Source: a bacterium
GTDB lineage: Bacteria; UBA8248
NCBI GenBank assembly: GCA_965200245.1
Contig: CBDATS010000002.1
Span: 192,001-256,000, forward strand
DNA: 64,000 bases
Direction: 5' to 3'
Shown here: in pieces, positions 1 to 10,562 of the stretch
Layout: every line of letters starts with the position of its first letter
Position numbering within the stretch: the first letter of the stretch is position 1
The notes under the pieces: model-generated
Databases searched by the model: none
Told to the model about the DNA's origin: nothing
What the model saw: only the letters and a program-made list of their open reading frames with translations
Position numbers and translations under genes: made by a program

Positions 1-1558
1 GAGAAGCAGCCTGAGCCGGGAGACCAGTACCGCAAGACGTGCGCTGCTCGAAGCCTCTCTTGGCATCCTGTACGAGGAACACGACGAATCCTATCCCGCC
101 CTGATCACCTATGCGCGCGCGTTGCGGAATGATCCTGAAATTTTCGGCAAATCCCTGCTCATCGAACGAGTCAGGGTGCTGGCGAGAGAAATCGATCTCC
201 ACAGGCTTCGCGAGGCATCCAGGCAGTTCGCGGAAACGCCCGCGGGACCGCATATGCAGACAATCCTCGCCCGCCGCGAGCCGAATGAGAAACCTGAGCA
301 GTCTGAGCATACGCAAGCGTCCCCTCAAGGAAAGGCCAAAGAACCTGTCTCGCCGCCCGAGGTGAACTCCAGGCGCGTGGGCGTCATGCTTCCGCTCTCC
401 GGTGCTGTCGGTGCAGTGGGCGGGCGCGTCTATGACGGCATTCGGCTGGCACTTCGGCACAGCCTGGCGAAACACCCCCGGCTACATATTCGACTAGCGG
501 TTCGCGACACGAAGAGCACAGCGCGTTCCGCAGGCAACGCGGTGGCGGTCGCCACCGAACTGATTACCCAGGAAAAGGCCGTCGCCTTAATCGGCCCGCT
601 TCTCACCGAGGCGGCAGAAGCATCCGCCGAAGTGGCGAACCGCCTGGAAACCCCCATGCTGACGCCGTTTGCGCTCAGAATGCGCATGAAACCTGAGTTC
701 GCCTGGGTGTTCCGGAATTCGCTGACGGCCCCCCTGAAAGCGCAAGGCGTCGCCGCCTACGCCGTCGGGCATCTGGGACTTCGCCGCTTCGCCGTGCTGC
801 ATCCCGCGAACCGCGGAGGCGTGGAACGCACCGCCGCCTTCACGCAGGCGGTGGAGAGCCTCGGTGGCGAGGTCTTCAAGGTACTCTCCTTCCCCGAGAA
901 CGCCACCGACTTCGGTGCACAGATGCGTGCGCTCGGCGGCATGGACGACCGGCGGCTCAACAAACTGAAGCTCTCGCTCGGACTCAAGAAAACCGATCCC
1001 TACGAGCTTAAACTGCGTTTCGATGCGCTCTTTGTTCCCGCCCGCCACGAGCAGGCAGTCCTTATCGCACCGCAACTTCCCTTCTATAACATGCGCTCCG
1101 TGAAACTGCTTGGCGGCAGCGGGTGGAACGATCCCCGTCTGCTTGAACACGGGGAGCATTATGTGGAGGGTGCGGTGTTCGTGGACGAGTTTTTCGCGGA
1201 CTCTGCGGAACCTGTCGTCATGCGTTTCGCGAGCGAATTCGGAAGTATCTTCGGCAAGAAACCGGACGTCTTCTCCGCACTTGGCTATGACGCTGCGCAA
1301 ATCGTCTTCTCGGCCCTGGCAAGCGGCGCCAAGTCGCGTGAGGATGTGAGACGATATATCGCCTCGCTGCGGGGTTTCGAGGGCGTCACGGGTCTCACGG
1401 ACATGGGCGGAGACAACAACGTGCGCCGCCAGTTGTTCGTGCTTTCGGTTCAGGAGAGAAAAATCCGCCACCTCCAAATGGTGACACCTCACAGGACGTT
1501 CGCGGGAGGCGCACCAATTGGCGAGAACACGCGGCTTTCGCCTGCGCCGACACAATAA
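1..1558 (+). CDS. LpoA/LppC-like penicillin-binding protein activator / periplasmic binding protein type 1 (5' partial)
   Basis: The frame is open from base 2. Motifs VGVMLPLSG, IGPLL, QLPFYN, LLGGSGWN, ALGYDAA and FEGVTG match the LppC / Leu-binding fold. Confidence 0.8.
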   Translation, partial: RSSLSRETSTARRALLEASLGILYEEHDESYPALITYARALRNDPEIFGKSLLIERVRVLAREIDLHRLREASRQFAETPAGPHMQTILARREPNEKPEQSEHTQASPQGKAKEPVSPPEVNSRRVGVMLPLSGAVGAVGGRVYDGIRLALRHSLAKHPRLHIRLAVRDTKSTARSAGNAVAVATELITQEKAVALIGPLLTEAAEASAEVANRLETPMLTPFALRMRMKPEFAWVFRNSLTAPLKAQGVAAYAVGHLGLRRFAVLHPANRGGVERTAAFTQAVESLGGEVFKVLSFPENATDFGAQMRALGGMDDRRLNKLKLSLGLKKTDPYELKLRFDALFVPARHEQAVLIAPQLPFYNMRSVKLLGGSGWNDPRLLEHGEHYVEGAVFVDEFFADSAEPVVMRFASEFGSIFGKKPDVFSALGYDAAQIVFSALASGAKSREDVRRYIASLRGFEGVTGLTDMGGDNNVRRQLFVLSVQERKIRHLQMVTPHRTFAGGAPIGENTRLSPAPTQ

Positions 1559-1610
1559 GGTCAGTCGGGAATACCCTGAAAGTCTCCTGTAGGTCCAGGC
1601 ATCAAACCTC

Positions 1611-2399
1611 TTATATCTGTATTGCTCCGCAGGAGATGGTGTAGGCCTGTCCGGTAATGCCGGCCGCCTCTTCACTCGCGAGATAAAGTGCCATGGCTGC
1701 GACCTCGTCAGGCGCCAGGAAGCGACCCATCGGGATGTCGTCCCTGTAGCGATTCATCGTCGCCTCCCCGCTCTCCCCACCCTCCGTATAGCGGGCGAGA
1801 CCCTCTCTGAAGGAGTCGACCATGCCTGTGTCCACGAAGCCGGGGCAGATCGCGTTCACGGTGACACCCGCCGCCGCCACTTCAAGTGCGACCGAACGCA
1901 CGAGACCAAGCACGCCGTGTTTCGCCGCGTGGTAGGCGCTGCGGTTCGCTCCGCCTATCTTGCCCGACACCGAACTGATCGCGATGAGGCGACCCCAGCC
2001 GCGTTCACTCATTCCACTGATGGCCGCGCGAAAGGCGTAGAATGCGCCATTCAGGTTCACGCGCATCATTTCGTCCCAAAGGGCGTTGGTGGTTTCACCG
2101 AGCGGTGCATGGGCGAGCGCGCCCGCGTTTGCGACCAGCACGTCCACACCGTTCCATTCCTCCTGCGCAAGCCCAAGCGCTTTTTCGACCTCCCGGGAGT
2201 CGCCTACGTCGCAGGGCGTCACCAGAGCGCTTACGCCACGTTCTCTTGCTTCTTCCGCAACCGATTCGATTTCTGCGCGCGTTCTCGCAGCGACGGCCAC
2301 GTCCGCGCCCGCATCTGCGAACCTGAGCGCAATGGCTCGTCCGATGCCCCGCCCGCCGCCGGTAATGAACGCGCGCTTCCCGTCAAGCCGCATGAACAC
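1611..2399 (-). CDS. SDR family oxidoreductase
   Basis: TGGGRGIG, NAG, YHAAK (YxxxK), VNAICPGFVDT. Confidence 0.92.
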   Translation of the reverse strand: MFMRLDGKRAFITGGGRGIGRAIALRFADAGADVAVAARTRAEIESVAEEARERGVSALVTPCDVGDSREVEKALGLAQEEWNGVDVLVANAGALAHAPLGETTNALWDEMMRVNLNGAFYAFRAAISGMSERGWGRLIAISSVSGKIGGANRSAYHAAKHGVLGLVRSVALEVAAAGVTVNAICPGFVDTGMVDSFREGLARYTEGGESGEATMNRYRDDIPMGRFLAPDEVAAMALYLASEEAAGITGQAYTISCGAIQI

Positions 2400-3480
2400 G
2401 CCTCCCGGCCTTCACGAAGTGCGAGCGCGCGATGAGGTTGTCGAAGAAAATCTCCACTTCGCAGAGTATGGCGTCCATGTCGCTCATGCGGTTTACCCGC
2501 TCGCGCATGGCGGAACCGCCGCGCAGGCCCTTCGTGAAGGCGGGCAGATGTTTCCGGCAGTGGAGCGAGGCGAGCCGTTCGCCGAGAACTTCCTGCAAGA
2601 GCTTCAGATGGCGAAGCGCCATCTCTTTCTTCTCGAGGAGACCGGGCGGAGGGGGCAGCACTCCCGTCCTGAGCCATTGCAGCAGGCGGGAGAAAATCCA
2701 CGGATTGCCGATGGCCCCGCGCCCGATCATCAGGGCGTCCACGCCGGTGCGACGAATCATGGCGATGGCGTCCTGGGGATTGAGAATGCTGCCGTTTCCG
2801 AAAACGGGTACCTTGACCGCGCGCTTGACCCGCGCGATCGCGTCCAGATCGACCGCGCCGCTGAACATGGCCTGACGCGTCCTGCCGTGCACGGTGATGG
2901 CTTTCGCACCCGCATCCTCCACCACCTTTGCGAAGACCTCCGCCGAACCCTTTCCGATGGTGTCCCAGCCGGTGCGCATCTTTACTGTCACAGGGATGCG
3001 CACCGCACGCACCATAGCGGAGACGATTCCATGTGCCAGTTCGGGATATCGCAGAAGCGAGGAACCCGCCTGGTTTTTCGTTATCTTCCTGACGGGACAT
3101 CCGCAATTGAGATCGACGATGTCGGCGCCCGCTTCCTCCACCATGGCCGCCGCCTCACCCATCTGGGCGGGGTCCGCGCCGAAAAGCTGGATGGAGACGG
3201 GCTTTTCGGCCGCATCGTTTCGCATGAGGTCATACGTCTTCCTGTGCCGCCTTGTAAGCGCCTGACTGCTCACCATCTCGGTGGCCACCATACCTGCACC
3301 GTGCGCCTTCACCAGCGAACGAAAGGGTAGATTCGTATAGCCCGCCATGGGTGCCATGACGAGGCGGCTCTCAAGCCTGACCCCACCGACATCAAGGGGC
3401 AAATCGAAACCCGCTGGAGGCGACGGAGCGGTCTCAGGTGGCGCCTCGCATACGCTCGGGCCTGCTTCTTCGGGGCGCAT
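2383..3480 (-). CDS. dusB: tRNA-dihydrouridine synthase DusB
   Basis: APMAG, QLFG, DLNCGCP, GSSLL, VTVKMR, TVHGRT, MIGRGAIGNPW. Start placed at the ATG overlapping the tsaD stop (TGATG). Confidence 0.92.
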   Translation of the reverse strand: MRPEEAGPSVCEAPPETAPSPPAGFDLPLDVGGVRLESRLVMAPMAGYTNLPFRSLVKAHGAGMVATEMVSSQALTRRHRKTYDLMRNDAAEKPVSIQLFGADPAQMGEAAAMVEEAGADIVDLNCGCPVRKITKNQAGSSLLRYPELAHGIVSAMVRAVRIPVTVKMRTGWDTIGKGSAEVFAKVVEDAGAKAITVHGRTRQAMFSGAVDLDAIARVKRAVKVPVFGNGSILNPQDAIAMIRRTGVDALMIGRGAIGNPWIFSRLLQWLRTGVLPPPPGLLEKKEMALRHLKLLQEVLGERLASLHCRKHLPAFTKGLRGGSAMRERVNRMSDMDAILCEVEIFFDNLIARSHFVKAGRRVHAA

Positions 3481-4616
3481 CAGCCTCCCCTCCCATAAAC
3501 GGCACCGAACGTCTCTCCCAACTCCCAGGAGGGGTCCGCATCCATGTCCGTATAATCCATAAAACCCTCTCGCCTGTGTTCCCTGAACTGGAAACCACCC
3601 GCACAGGCGATCATCGCGGCATTGTCCGTGCAGTACTTGCGCGCCGGGAAACAGAGCGACCAGCCCTCTTGCGCCGCCCGCTCGGCCAGTTTCCGGCGCA
3701 GGTAGGAATTCGCGGCCACGCCCCCGCTCACGGAGACAGCGGGCAGATTCTCCAGTCGCACCACCCGGCTCACATTCTCCACTAGAACCTCCACCGCCGC
3801 CTCCTGAAAACCCGCCGCCACCATGCACGCCACGTCTTCAGGCACATCCTGGGGGCGGGCCCAGGGAGGGAGGTTCCTGTCGCTCAAGTACAGTCCTCTT
3901 TCTTTCTGGTAGTTTAGCACAGCCGTCTTGAGGCCGCTGAAACTGAAGGAGTAGGGCCTGTCCGCAAGGTGTGGCCGGGGAAACTTGACCATTTCCGTCC
4001 CGCTCCCGTTCGCCTCCAGAAATTTCGCATGCAGCCTGTCGACGATGGGGCCTCCTGGATAGCCCAGTCCCATGATGGCCGCCACCTTGTCGTAGGCCTC
4101 GCCCAAGGCGTCATCCAGCGTGCCACCCAGGTGCGTAACGTCTGCGTGCCCCTCCACGCGGTAGAAATCCGTGTGCCCACCCGAGACCACGAACCCAAGA
4201 TGCGGGAAGGGAGGCGGCGCGGCGTTTTCATCTCCGGTAGGCAGATACAGGGAATGAACGTGTCCGTCCAGGTGGTGGACTCCGATGAGGGGAACACCCA
4301 GGCTCCACGCCAAGCCCTTTGCGGCGGACAGACCCACGAGCAGGGCCACCACGAGGCCCGGGCCGCGCGTGACGGCCACGGCGTCTAGTTGTTTTACCGC
4401 AATCGCGGCTTCCCCGACCGCCGCCTCTAGTACGGGCCCTATCATCTCTACGTGGCGGCGCGCCGCGAGTTCAGGCACCACGCCGCCGTACCGGGCATGA
4501 ATCTCGTGCTGTGAGGCGACGACATTCGAGAGGATACGAGGCACGGAACTATCCCCGAATTCAAGCACGGCTGCCGCCGTCTCGTCACAACTCGTCTCCA
4601 CGCCCAGGATGTACAT
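3480..4616 (-). CDS. tsaD: tRNA N6-adenosine threonylcarbamoyltransferase TsaD
   Basis: LGVETSCDET, GGVVPELAARRH, GPGL, HHLDGH, VSGGHT, FSFSGLKT, GGVAAN, TDNAAMI. Confidence 0.97.
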   Translation of the reverse strand: MYILGVETSCDETAAAVLEFGDSSVPRILSNVVASQHEIHARYGGVVPELAARRHVEMIGPVLEAAVGEAAIAVKQLDAVAVTRGPGLVVALLVGLSAAKGLAWSLGVPLIGVHHLDGHVHSLYLPTGDENAAPPPFPHLGFVVSGGHTDFYRVEGHADVTHLGGTLDDALGEAYDKVAAIMGLGYPGGPIVDRLHAKFLEANGSGTEMVKFPRPHLADRPYSFSFSGLKTAVLNYQKERGLYLSDRNLPPWARPQDVPEDVACMVAAGFQEAAVEVLVENVSRVVRLENLPAVSVSGGVAANSYLRRKLAERAAQEGWSLCFPARKYCTDNAAMIACAGGFQFREHRREGFMDYTDMDADPSWELGETFGAVYGRGG

Positions 4617-4796
4617 TCTGATATCTCACTCCATCTTCGCCATACAAAATGACCGCAACAGACAACTCGAAACTATGGGAATACGGGAATTTGCGCGACG
4701 AATCAACGCCCGGTGGAACGAAAAGATAGGAATCAGGGCAGAAGAAATTCTCCAGCCCCGGTCAGGCCGGATTTCTTGAGAGCATCACCTCCGATA

Positions 4797-4819
4797 AGGG
4801 CGGCTTTCAAACCGCCCCT
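4797..4819. repeat. GC-rich palindrome (REP-like element or terminator stem)
   Basis: AGGGCGG-CTTTCAAA-CCGCCCCT stem-loop in the intergenic space downstream of the radical SAM gene. Confidence 0.4.
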
Positions 4820-4857
4820 GCAACGGATGGGTGAACGTGGAACCACCCGGGCAACTG

Positions 4858-5763
4858 TCAGAACGGTGGCCTGAAACCCTCCTTGCCTTCTCCCAAGCAA
4901 GGCAATTGCGCTCGCAGCACCTCAAGTGCCGTGCGATAGTGATCAAGATAGACCTGACGGAACATGCGCTCCTCGCAAGACAGTTTTTTCGCCATCAGCG
5001 AGACTGCGAGGTCGCGCGTGCCCGCAATGAATTTTCCGCGCTGGAAATGAAATGGCTGGACGATGAACCTCTCGACGCCGGTAGCCTTGAGCGCGTCAGC
5101 GAATGACTGCGGGTCACGGACGAGAAGGAGTGGTGTCATCGTGATACATGTGGACACGCCTTCGGCGGCCAGTTGTTTCGCTGCCCGGATCCGCACGCGA
5201 TTGTCCGGACAGCCCGGCTCGAACGTCCGGCGCACATCGTCATCGTCCGTGGTGACGGTCATGTTGACCTGAACCCGGCCACCTTTGTCTACCATGGACT
5301 GGAAGAGGTCGACGTCGCGGACCACGTCCGGGCTGCGGGTCTGCACCACCAGCTTCACACGATGCTTCCGTGCCATTGTCTCAAGCAGATGACGGGTCAA
5401 CTCAAGCCTGCGCTCTATTGGTTGATAGGGATCCGTGACGCTGCTCATGTATATCCGCTTTCCATCGAGACTGCCTTCTTTGCGTCGTCCGAGCAGTTCG
5501 ACGGCGTTTTGCTTGACGGTGAGCCAACGCCCCCAGGAGTCCCGTTTCGCTGTGCTGTGAGAGAAAAACGCTGCGTAGCAATATGTGCAGCCGAATGAGC
5601 AGCCGGCGTACGGATTGAGCGTAAAGTCGTAGGCGTCCATAAATCCGGTCGCCCGCGTAAGGGCGTCCCGAACTTCCGCGTAAGTTACCTCGACATCGCC
5701 GATGCGATTCGGTCCTGCCCGAGGAGCAGGCTCAGGGATGAGAGGTAATTGATGTGCGGTCAT
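4858..5763 (-). CDS. Radical SAM protein, SplB / Rv2578c-like
   Basis: LNPYAGCSFGCTYCYA (CxxxCxxC), SSVTDPYQPIE, QTRSP, RDVDL, FEPGC. Confidence 0.88.
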   Translation of the reverse strand: MTAHQLPLIPEPAPRAGPNRIGDVEVTYAEVRDALTRATGFMDAYDFTLNPYAGCSFGCTYCYAAFFSHSTAKRDSWGRWLTVKQNAVELLGRRKEGSLDGKRIYMSSVTDPYQPIERRLELTRHLLETMARKHRVKLVVQTRSPDVVRDVDLFQSMVDKGGRVQVNMTVTTDDDDVRRTFEPGCPDNRVRIRAAKQLAAEGVSTCITMTPLLLVRDPQSFADALKATGVERFIVQPFHFQRGKFIAGTRDLAVSLMAKKLSCEERMFRQVYLDHYRTALEVLRAQLPCLGEGKEGFRPPF

Positions 5764-6731
5764 CTGGCATTTCCAAAATGCAGGGTGACGAGACCACTAG
5801 GTCTCCTCGGAACCGGCTTTAGGGTTAAGAAATTGACGCTCTGACGCGACAAATGCTGTCGTTGCGAAAGGGATTTGCGCCACGTGGTAAGGCACCGCCA
5901 CAAGGGAGGTGCGTTCTCCTAGAACTCATTTCCACCAGATTCAGGGCGACATATTCCCTTACCATCAGGCTGTAAAAGTTTGAGCAATGCCAGCGCAAGA
6001 GGCTCTTTGCGCCAGTGACATGTAACCGTCATGCAGCGGACCGAATAGCGTTTGTGAATGCATTCGATTGTCTCCTCCAGTGAGGTTTTGTTTTCCTCGT
6101 AGACCACGTGCATCGCCAAGATACCAACACCGCTCCCCATCTTAGGATCTGGCTTATGGCATTCCCAGGCTGAGGGGACCATATTGCTCTCATCGCACCG
6201 GCGGTATAGGGCCGCGAGAACAGCCTTATCGTCTGAGTGTTTCGTTTCGCTGGGAGTTTCGAGACAACATTTCACCATTTGCCAGAACTCTAACCACAAA
6301 GCCTCATCGAGCTTCTTCATCGATTCGCTTGGATCCAGTCCATGGATGGCGGGACCGGCTTGCAAAGACATTTTCTCTTCCCTTGCTTCTTTCTCTGCAA
6401 ACGCGATCACGAAACCCAGATTCGTTGCGTAGGCGCCGCAACCCAGGTCGATCAAATCGCTGACGTTTTTCGTTTTTATATAAAATCGCCTGCAGATATC
6501 ATGCGCCAGCCTGACATGACCGGGCTGGTACCAGGCAAGGTAGAACAGCGATACCCACTCGCCGTTGTAGTCGGGTTGCTTCCCTATCGAAAGGCCATCC
6601 AGCGCTTTCAGAGCCTCATTAACCTTGCAAGCAATCACCTCTTGGGACAACCCTTTCGTGAGCCGCTGGTACTCCTCTTTGACAACTTTCGTGATCGCCC
6701 GGTCGAGCAACTCCACGCATATCTGTTTCAT
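5760..6731 (-). pseudogene. Class I SAM-dependent methyltransferase-like protein with in-frame TAG at 5919-5921
   Basis: DLIDLGCG motif I and a following acidic GLDPS. The frame stays open for 52 codons after the TAG and ends in an ATGA overlap with the radical SAM start. Confidence 0.5.
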
Positions 6732-6821
6732 GGCTGATCTCCGAGCAAAGCCTGCCCCGTCGCCAAACCAGACCGCGTTTGAGTAGAAAAGGAATGGAAT
6801 ACGCCAGCGGGACCTCCTGAA

Positions 6822-8138
6822 CTAGGCGCCCTTCCTGTTCAGGAAGGACTCCTTGAGATACTCCACGGCGCGGTCGAGTTGGGTGTCGGTCTTCATCTCC
6901 TCGGCCGTGCCCTGTACCTGGCCGGATGGCGCGTCGCCCGGGGCATCTTCTTTTTGCTGTCCGTTTTTCTTTGTGTCACTCGGCAGATAGCCGGGCAGGT
7001 CCTTCTCGCGAATCGCGTGCACGACACCAGACTTTCTCAACGCCTCGCTCACGATGTCGGGCTCGATTCCCTCGCCCTGAATGCGCCTGCCCTTGGGAGT
7101 GAAATAAAACGCGGTGGTAAGGCGCAGACCCGAGCCGTCCGAGAGCGGTACGACGGTCTGCACCGATCCCTTGCCAAACGTCTTGACGCCAATGAGCTTG
7201 GCACGTCCCAGGTCCTGAAGCGCGCCCGCCACGATTTCGGACGCGCTCGCGCTGCCCGCGTTCACGAGTACTGCCATGGGTATCTTCCCGTCCTCCGTCT
7301 TGCTCGTGGAGGTGAAGCGATGCTCCTGATCGCTCATACGGCCCTGCGTGTAGACGATCAGGCTGCCGGCCTTGAGAAAGATGTCGGACACGGAAACCGC
7401 CTGGGAGAGAAGACCGCCCGGGTTGTTGCGCAAATCGAGCACGAGCGCTTTGGCACCTTTGTCCTCGAGCGCCGAGAGGGCGTCTTTCACCTCTTCGGCG
7501 GTTTCGTTCTGGAAGCTGCGAACCCGGATGTAGCCGATATCTTCTGGCAACATGCGGCTCCGCACGCTCTTGATGCGGATGATCTGGCGCGTGATGGTGA
7601 AATCGATGGTATCTTTCTCGCCCTTGCGCCTGACGGTGATTTTCACCTTCGTACCGGGCTTGCCGCGAAGCTTACTGACGACATCCTGTAAAGTGAGGTC
7701 TTTCGTGGGTTCCTTCTCGATGAAGATGATCTGATCGCCCGCCTGAACGCCGGCCTTGTACGCCGGGGTGTCCTCAATGGGCGTCACCACGGTGAGAACA
7801 CCGTCGCGGATGGAAATCTCCACGCCCAGGCCACCAAAACGGCCCATGGTTTCGACCTGCATCTCCTTGAAATACTCGGGACTCAGGTAGGTCGTGTGTG
7901 GGTCGAGCGTGCGGAGCATGCCCCGGATGGCGCCGCGAATCAGTTTTCTGGCCTCCACTTTCTGGACGTAGTTCTCCTCGACGAGGCTCAAGACCTCGCT
8001 GAACGCCCGCAGTTCGGAATACGCGTTCTTCTCGCTCGCCGCCAGATTCGCGACGGGATTCACCGCCAGACCGGCGGCGAGCGACGCCACGACAAGCACC
8101 CAGATCATCCATCCGGATAAACGATATTCTTTCGACAT
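6822..8138 (-). CDS. ctpA: Carboxyl-terminal processing protease (S41, PDZ domain)
   Basis: N-terminal hydrophobic segment, LDPHT, FGGLG, LDLRNNPGG, SASASEI, TFGKGSVQ. Confidence 0.95.
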   Translation of the reverse strand: MSKEYRLSGWMIWVLVVASLAAGLAVNPVANLAASEKNAYSELRAFSEVLSLVEENYVQKVEARKLIRGAIRGMLRTLDPHTTYLSPEYFKEMQVETMGRFGGLGVEISIRDGVLTVVTPIEDTPAYKAGVQAGDQIIFIEKEPTKDLTLQDVVSKLRGKPGTKVKITVRRKGEKDTIDFTITRQIIRIKSVRSRMLPEDIGYIRVRSFQNETAEEVKDALSALEDKGAKALVLDLRNNPGGLLSQAVSVSDIFLKAGSLIVYTQGRMSDQEHRFTSTSKTEDGKIPMAVLVNAGSASASEIVAGALQDLGRAKLIGVKTFGKGSVQTVVPLSDGSGLRLTTAFYFTPKGRRIQGEGIEPDIVSEALRKSGVVHAIREKDLPGYLPSDTKKNGQQKEDAPGDAPSGQVQGTAEEMKTDTQLDRAVEYLKESFLNRKGA

Positions 8139-8413
8139 CTTCTGCTCCTCAGATGATGCGGCACAAAAAACACATTCTACTCCACGCGAAACGAAAATGC
8201 TACAAAAGAGCACGGATCCGGGTTCGGAAGAGAAATTGCTGCGCAGGCGTGCGCCGGGAGCTTCGAATTTCACATTCAAGGGGAAAATACAAGGATACGG
8301 AGGCACTGTTCCACTCCGCGCCGGGAACTACGTAAGGATACCGGGCAAGTACGAGCATGATGGCAAATACGCACAACTGCTCAGAAATGCGGGGGCCGGT
8401 TACGGGGAGGGGT

Positions 8414-10450
8414 TCAAAGCAGGTCCTTCACGCGTGAGGCGGCATTCTCCGCCGTGAGACCGAATCGGGAATAAATTTCCTGATAGGGTGCGCTCGCCCC
8501 GAAACGATCGATACCCAACACCACACCATCATCGCCCACCCACTCGCGCCAGCCCATCGTGGCACCCGCTTCCATAGCCACTCTTGCCCTGCCAGCCCGC
8601 GGCAGAACGGAATCCCGATAGGCGGACGACTGCTCGCGAAACAATTCCCAACTCGGCATGCTCACCACCCGAACGTCTATTCCATCGTTCGCCAACGCAC
8701 CTTGCGCCTCTATTGCGAGACGTACCTCCGATCCTGTGGCGATCAATATAGCTTGGGGAGTACTTCCCTTTTCCTGTGAAATGACGTAGGCCCCCCGGGC
8801 CAGCGCATCCGCTGCGTTCGTCTCGGAACGCTGCAATATGGGCAAACCCTGCCGAGTCAACACAAGCATGGTCGGGCCCTCAAGGCGCTTGATGGCCACC
8901 CGCCAGGCCTCGGCGGTTTCGTTCGCATCACATGGGCGAATGATGGTGAGGCCCGGCATCGCGCGAAGAGAGGCAAGATGTTCAATCGGCTGGTGGGTAG
9001 GACCGTCTTCGCCCAAGCCGATGGAATCGTGCGTCATCACGTAAATGACGGGTAATTCCATCAGCGCCGCGAGGCGTATCGCCGGACGGGCGTAATCGGT
9101 AAACGTGAAAAACGTGGCCGCATACGGACGCACACCCCCATGCAGGGCCATGCCCGAACTCGCGGCCCCCATTAAGTGCTCCCTGATTCCCCAATTGATG
9201 TTACGGTGGGAATAGTTTCCCTTCGCGAAATTCCCCGATTCCTTGATAATCGAATTATTCGAAGCGGCCAGGTCCGCGCTGCCGCCAACAAGCCATGGTA
9301 CCGCGGAAGCGATTTGATTCAAAACCGCGCCGGATGCAGCCCTCGTTGCGAGTACCCCGCCATTTGCTTCAAAGCGGGGAATCGTGTTTTCCCAACCGGC
9401 AGGTGGCTCACCTGAAAGCGCCGCCTGAAACCCCGAGGCCAGTTCCGGGTTTTCCGATTCATATTCCGCAAGACGGCGATTCCAGTCTTCTTCCAGCGCG
9501 GCACCTCTGGAAACCGCCTCTTCCATGTGGGCGGAGACCATGTCGGGCACCAGAAACTGTTCATCTACCGGCCAGCCATAGTTTCTTTTCGTGGCCCCGA
9601 CTTCCTCATCCCCCAGGGGGGCGCCATGCGCCCGCGCGGTGTCCTGGTACCGAGGCGAGCCATACCCAATGTGTGAACGAATCACGATCAAAGACGGGCG
9701 CCCGATCTCCCCTTTCGCCAGCCTGAGTGCATTCGATATCCGGGACAAATCCTCCGCACTATCGCCGATATCCTGTACGTGCCAGTCGTATCCCTCAAAT
9801 CGTTTCACCACGTCGTCCGAATAACTCAACGCCGTTTCGCCGTCGATGGTGATGCGGTTGTCGTCATAGATACAAATCAACTTGCCAAGGCCCAGATGCC
9901 CCGCCAGCGAAGCCGCTTCATGGGACGCACCTTCCATGATGTCGCCATCACTCATGCACACATACGTATGGTGGTCCACAATCTGGTGACCCGGACGATT
10001 GAAAACGCTCGCCAAATGGGCCTCCGCCATCGCCATGCCCACCGCGTTCATCAGCCCTTGCCCGAGCGGACCTGTTGTGGTCTCGACACCGGGCGTAAGC
10101 CCGAACTCCGGATGACCCGGTGTTTTGCTCGCCCACTGTCGAAAACGCACGAGCTCATCGAGTGGAAGCTCATAACCGGTCAGATGGAGAATTGCATACA
10201 AGAGCATAGAGGCATGACCACACGAGAGCACGAAGCGGTCACGGTCGAACCATTCCGGGTTTTTGGGGTTATAGCGCAGGTGATTCATCCATATTTCATA
10301 GGCCAGCGGCGCAAGAGCCATTGGTGTACCCGGGTGCCCGCTGTTCGCCTTCTGCACCGCGTCCATCGAAAGTGTGCGTATGGTGTGAATCGACAGTTCA
10401 GGGATGCTCGTACCGGAAAACTGTTCATTCTCTGCTGATAACTTCGTCAT
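8414..10450 (-). CDS. tkt: Transketolase
   Basis: [54 protein letters not shown]. Confidence 0.98.
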   Translation of the reverse strand: MTKLSAENEQFSGTSIPELSIHTIRTLSMDAVQKANSGHPGTPMALAPLAYEIWMNHLRYNPKNPEWFDRDRFVLSCGHASMLLYAILHLTGYELPLDELVRFRQWASKTPGHPEFGLTPGVETTTGPLGQGLMNAVGMAMAEAHLASVFNRPGHQIVDHHTYVCMSDGDIMEGASHEAASLAGHLGLGKLICIYDDNRITIDGETALSYSDDVVKRFEGYDWHVQDIGDSAEDLSRISNALRLAKGEIGRPSLIVIRSHIGYGSPRYQDTARAHGAPLGDEEVGATKRNYGWPVDEQFLVPDMVSAHMEEAVSRGAALEEDWNRRLAEYESENPELASGFQAALSGEPPAGWENTIPRFEANGGVLATRAASGAVLNQIASAVPWLVGGSADLAASNNSIIKESGNFAKGNYSHRNINWGIREHLMGAASSGMALHGGVRPYAATFFTFTDYARPAIRLAALMELPVIYVMTHDSIGLGEDGPTHQPIEHLASLRAMPGLTIIRPCDANETAEAWRVAIKRLEGPTMLVLTRQGLPILQRSETNAADALARGAYVISQEKGSTPQAILIATGSEVRLAIEAQGALANDGIDVRVVSMPSWELFREQSSAYRDSVLPRAGRARVAMEAGATMGWREWVGDDGVVLGIDRFGASAPYQEIYSRFGLTAENAASRVKDLL

Positions 10451-10562
10451 TCTCTATATACTCGCTTGCTGGGTGAAACCCGAAAAAATGGATAGCAGGA
10501 CATCAGAACCCGACATATCCCGACGATTCGTTCTAATTTTTCCCACACAAACACGGATTAGT

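Noticed and set aside
2383-3828. 481-aa extended DusB as a fusion protein
   Set aside because: The N-terminal extension overlaps tsaD in another frame; the TGATG-coupled start at 3480 is more plausible.
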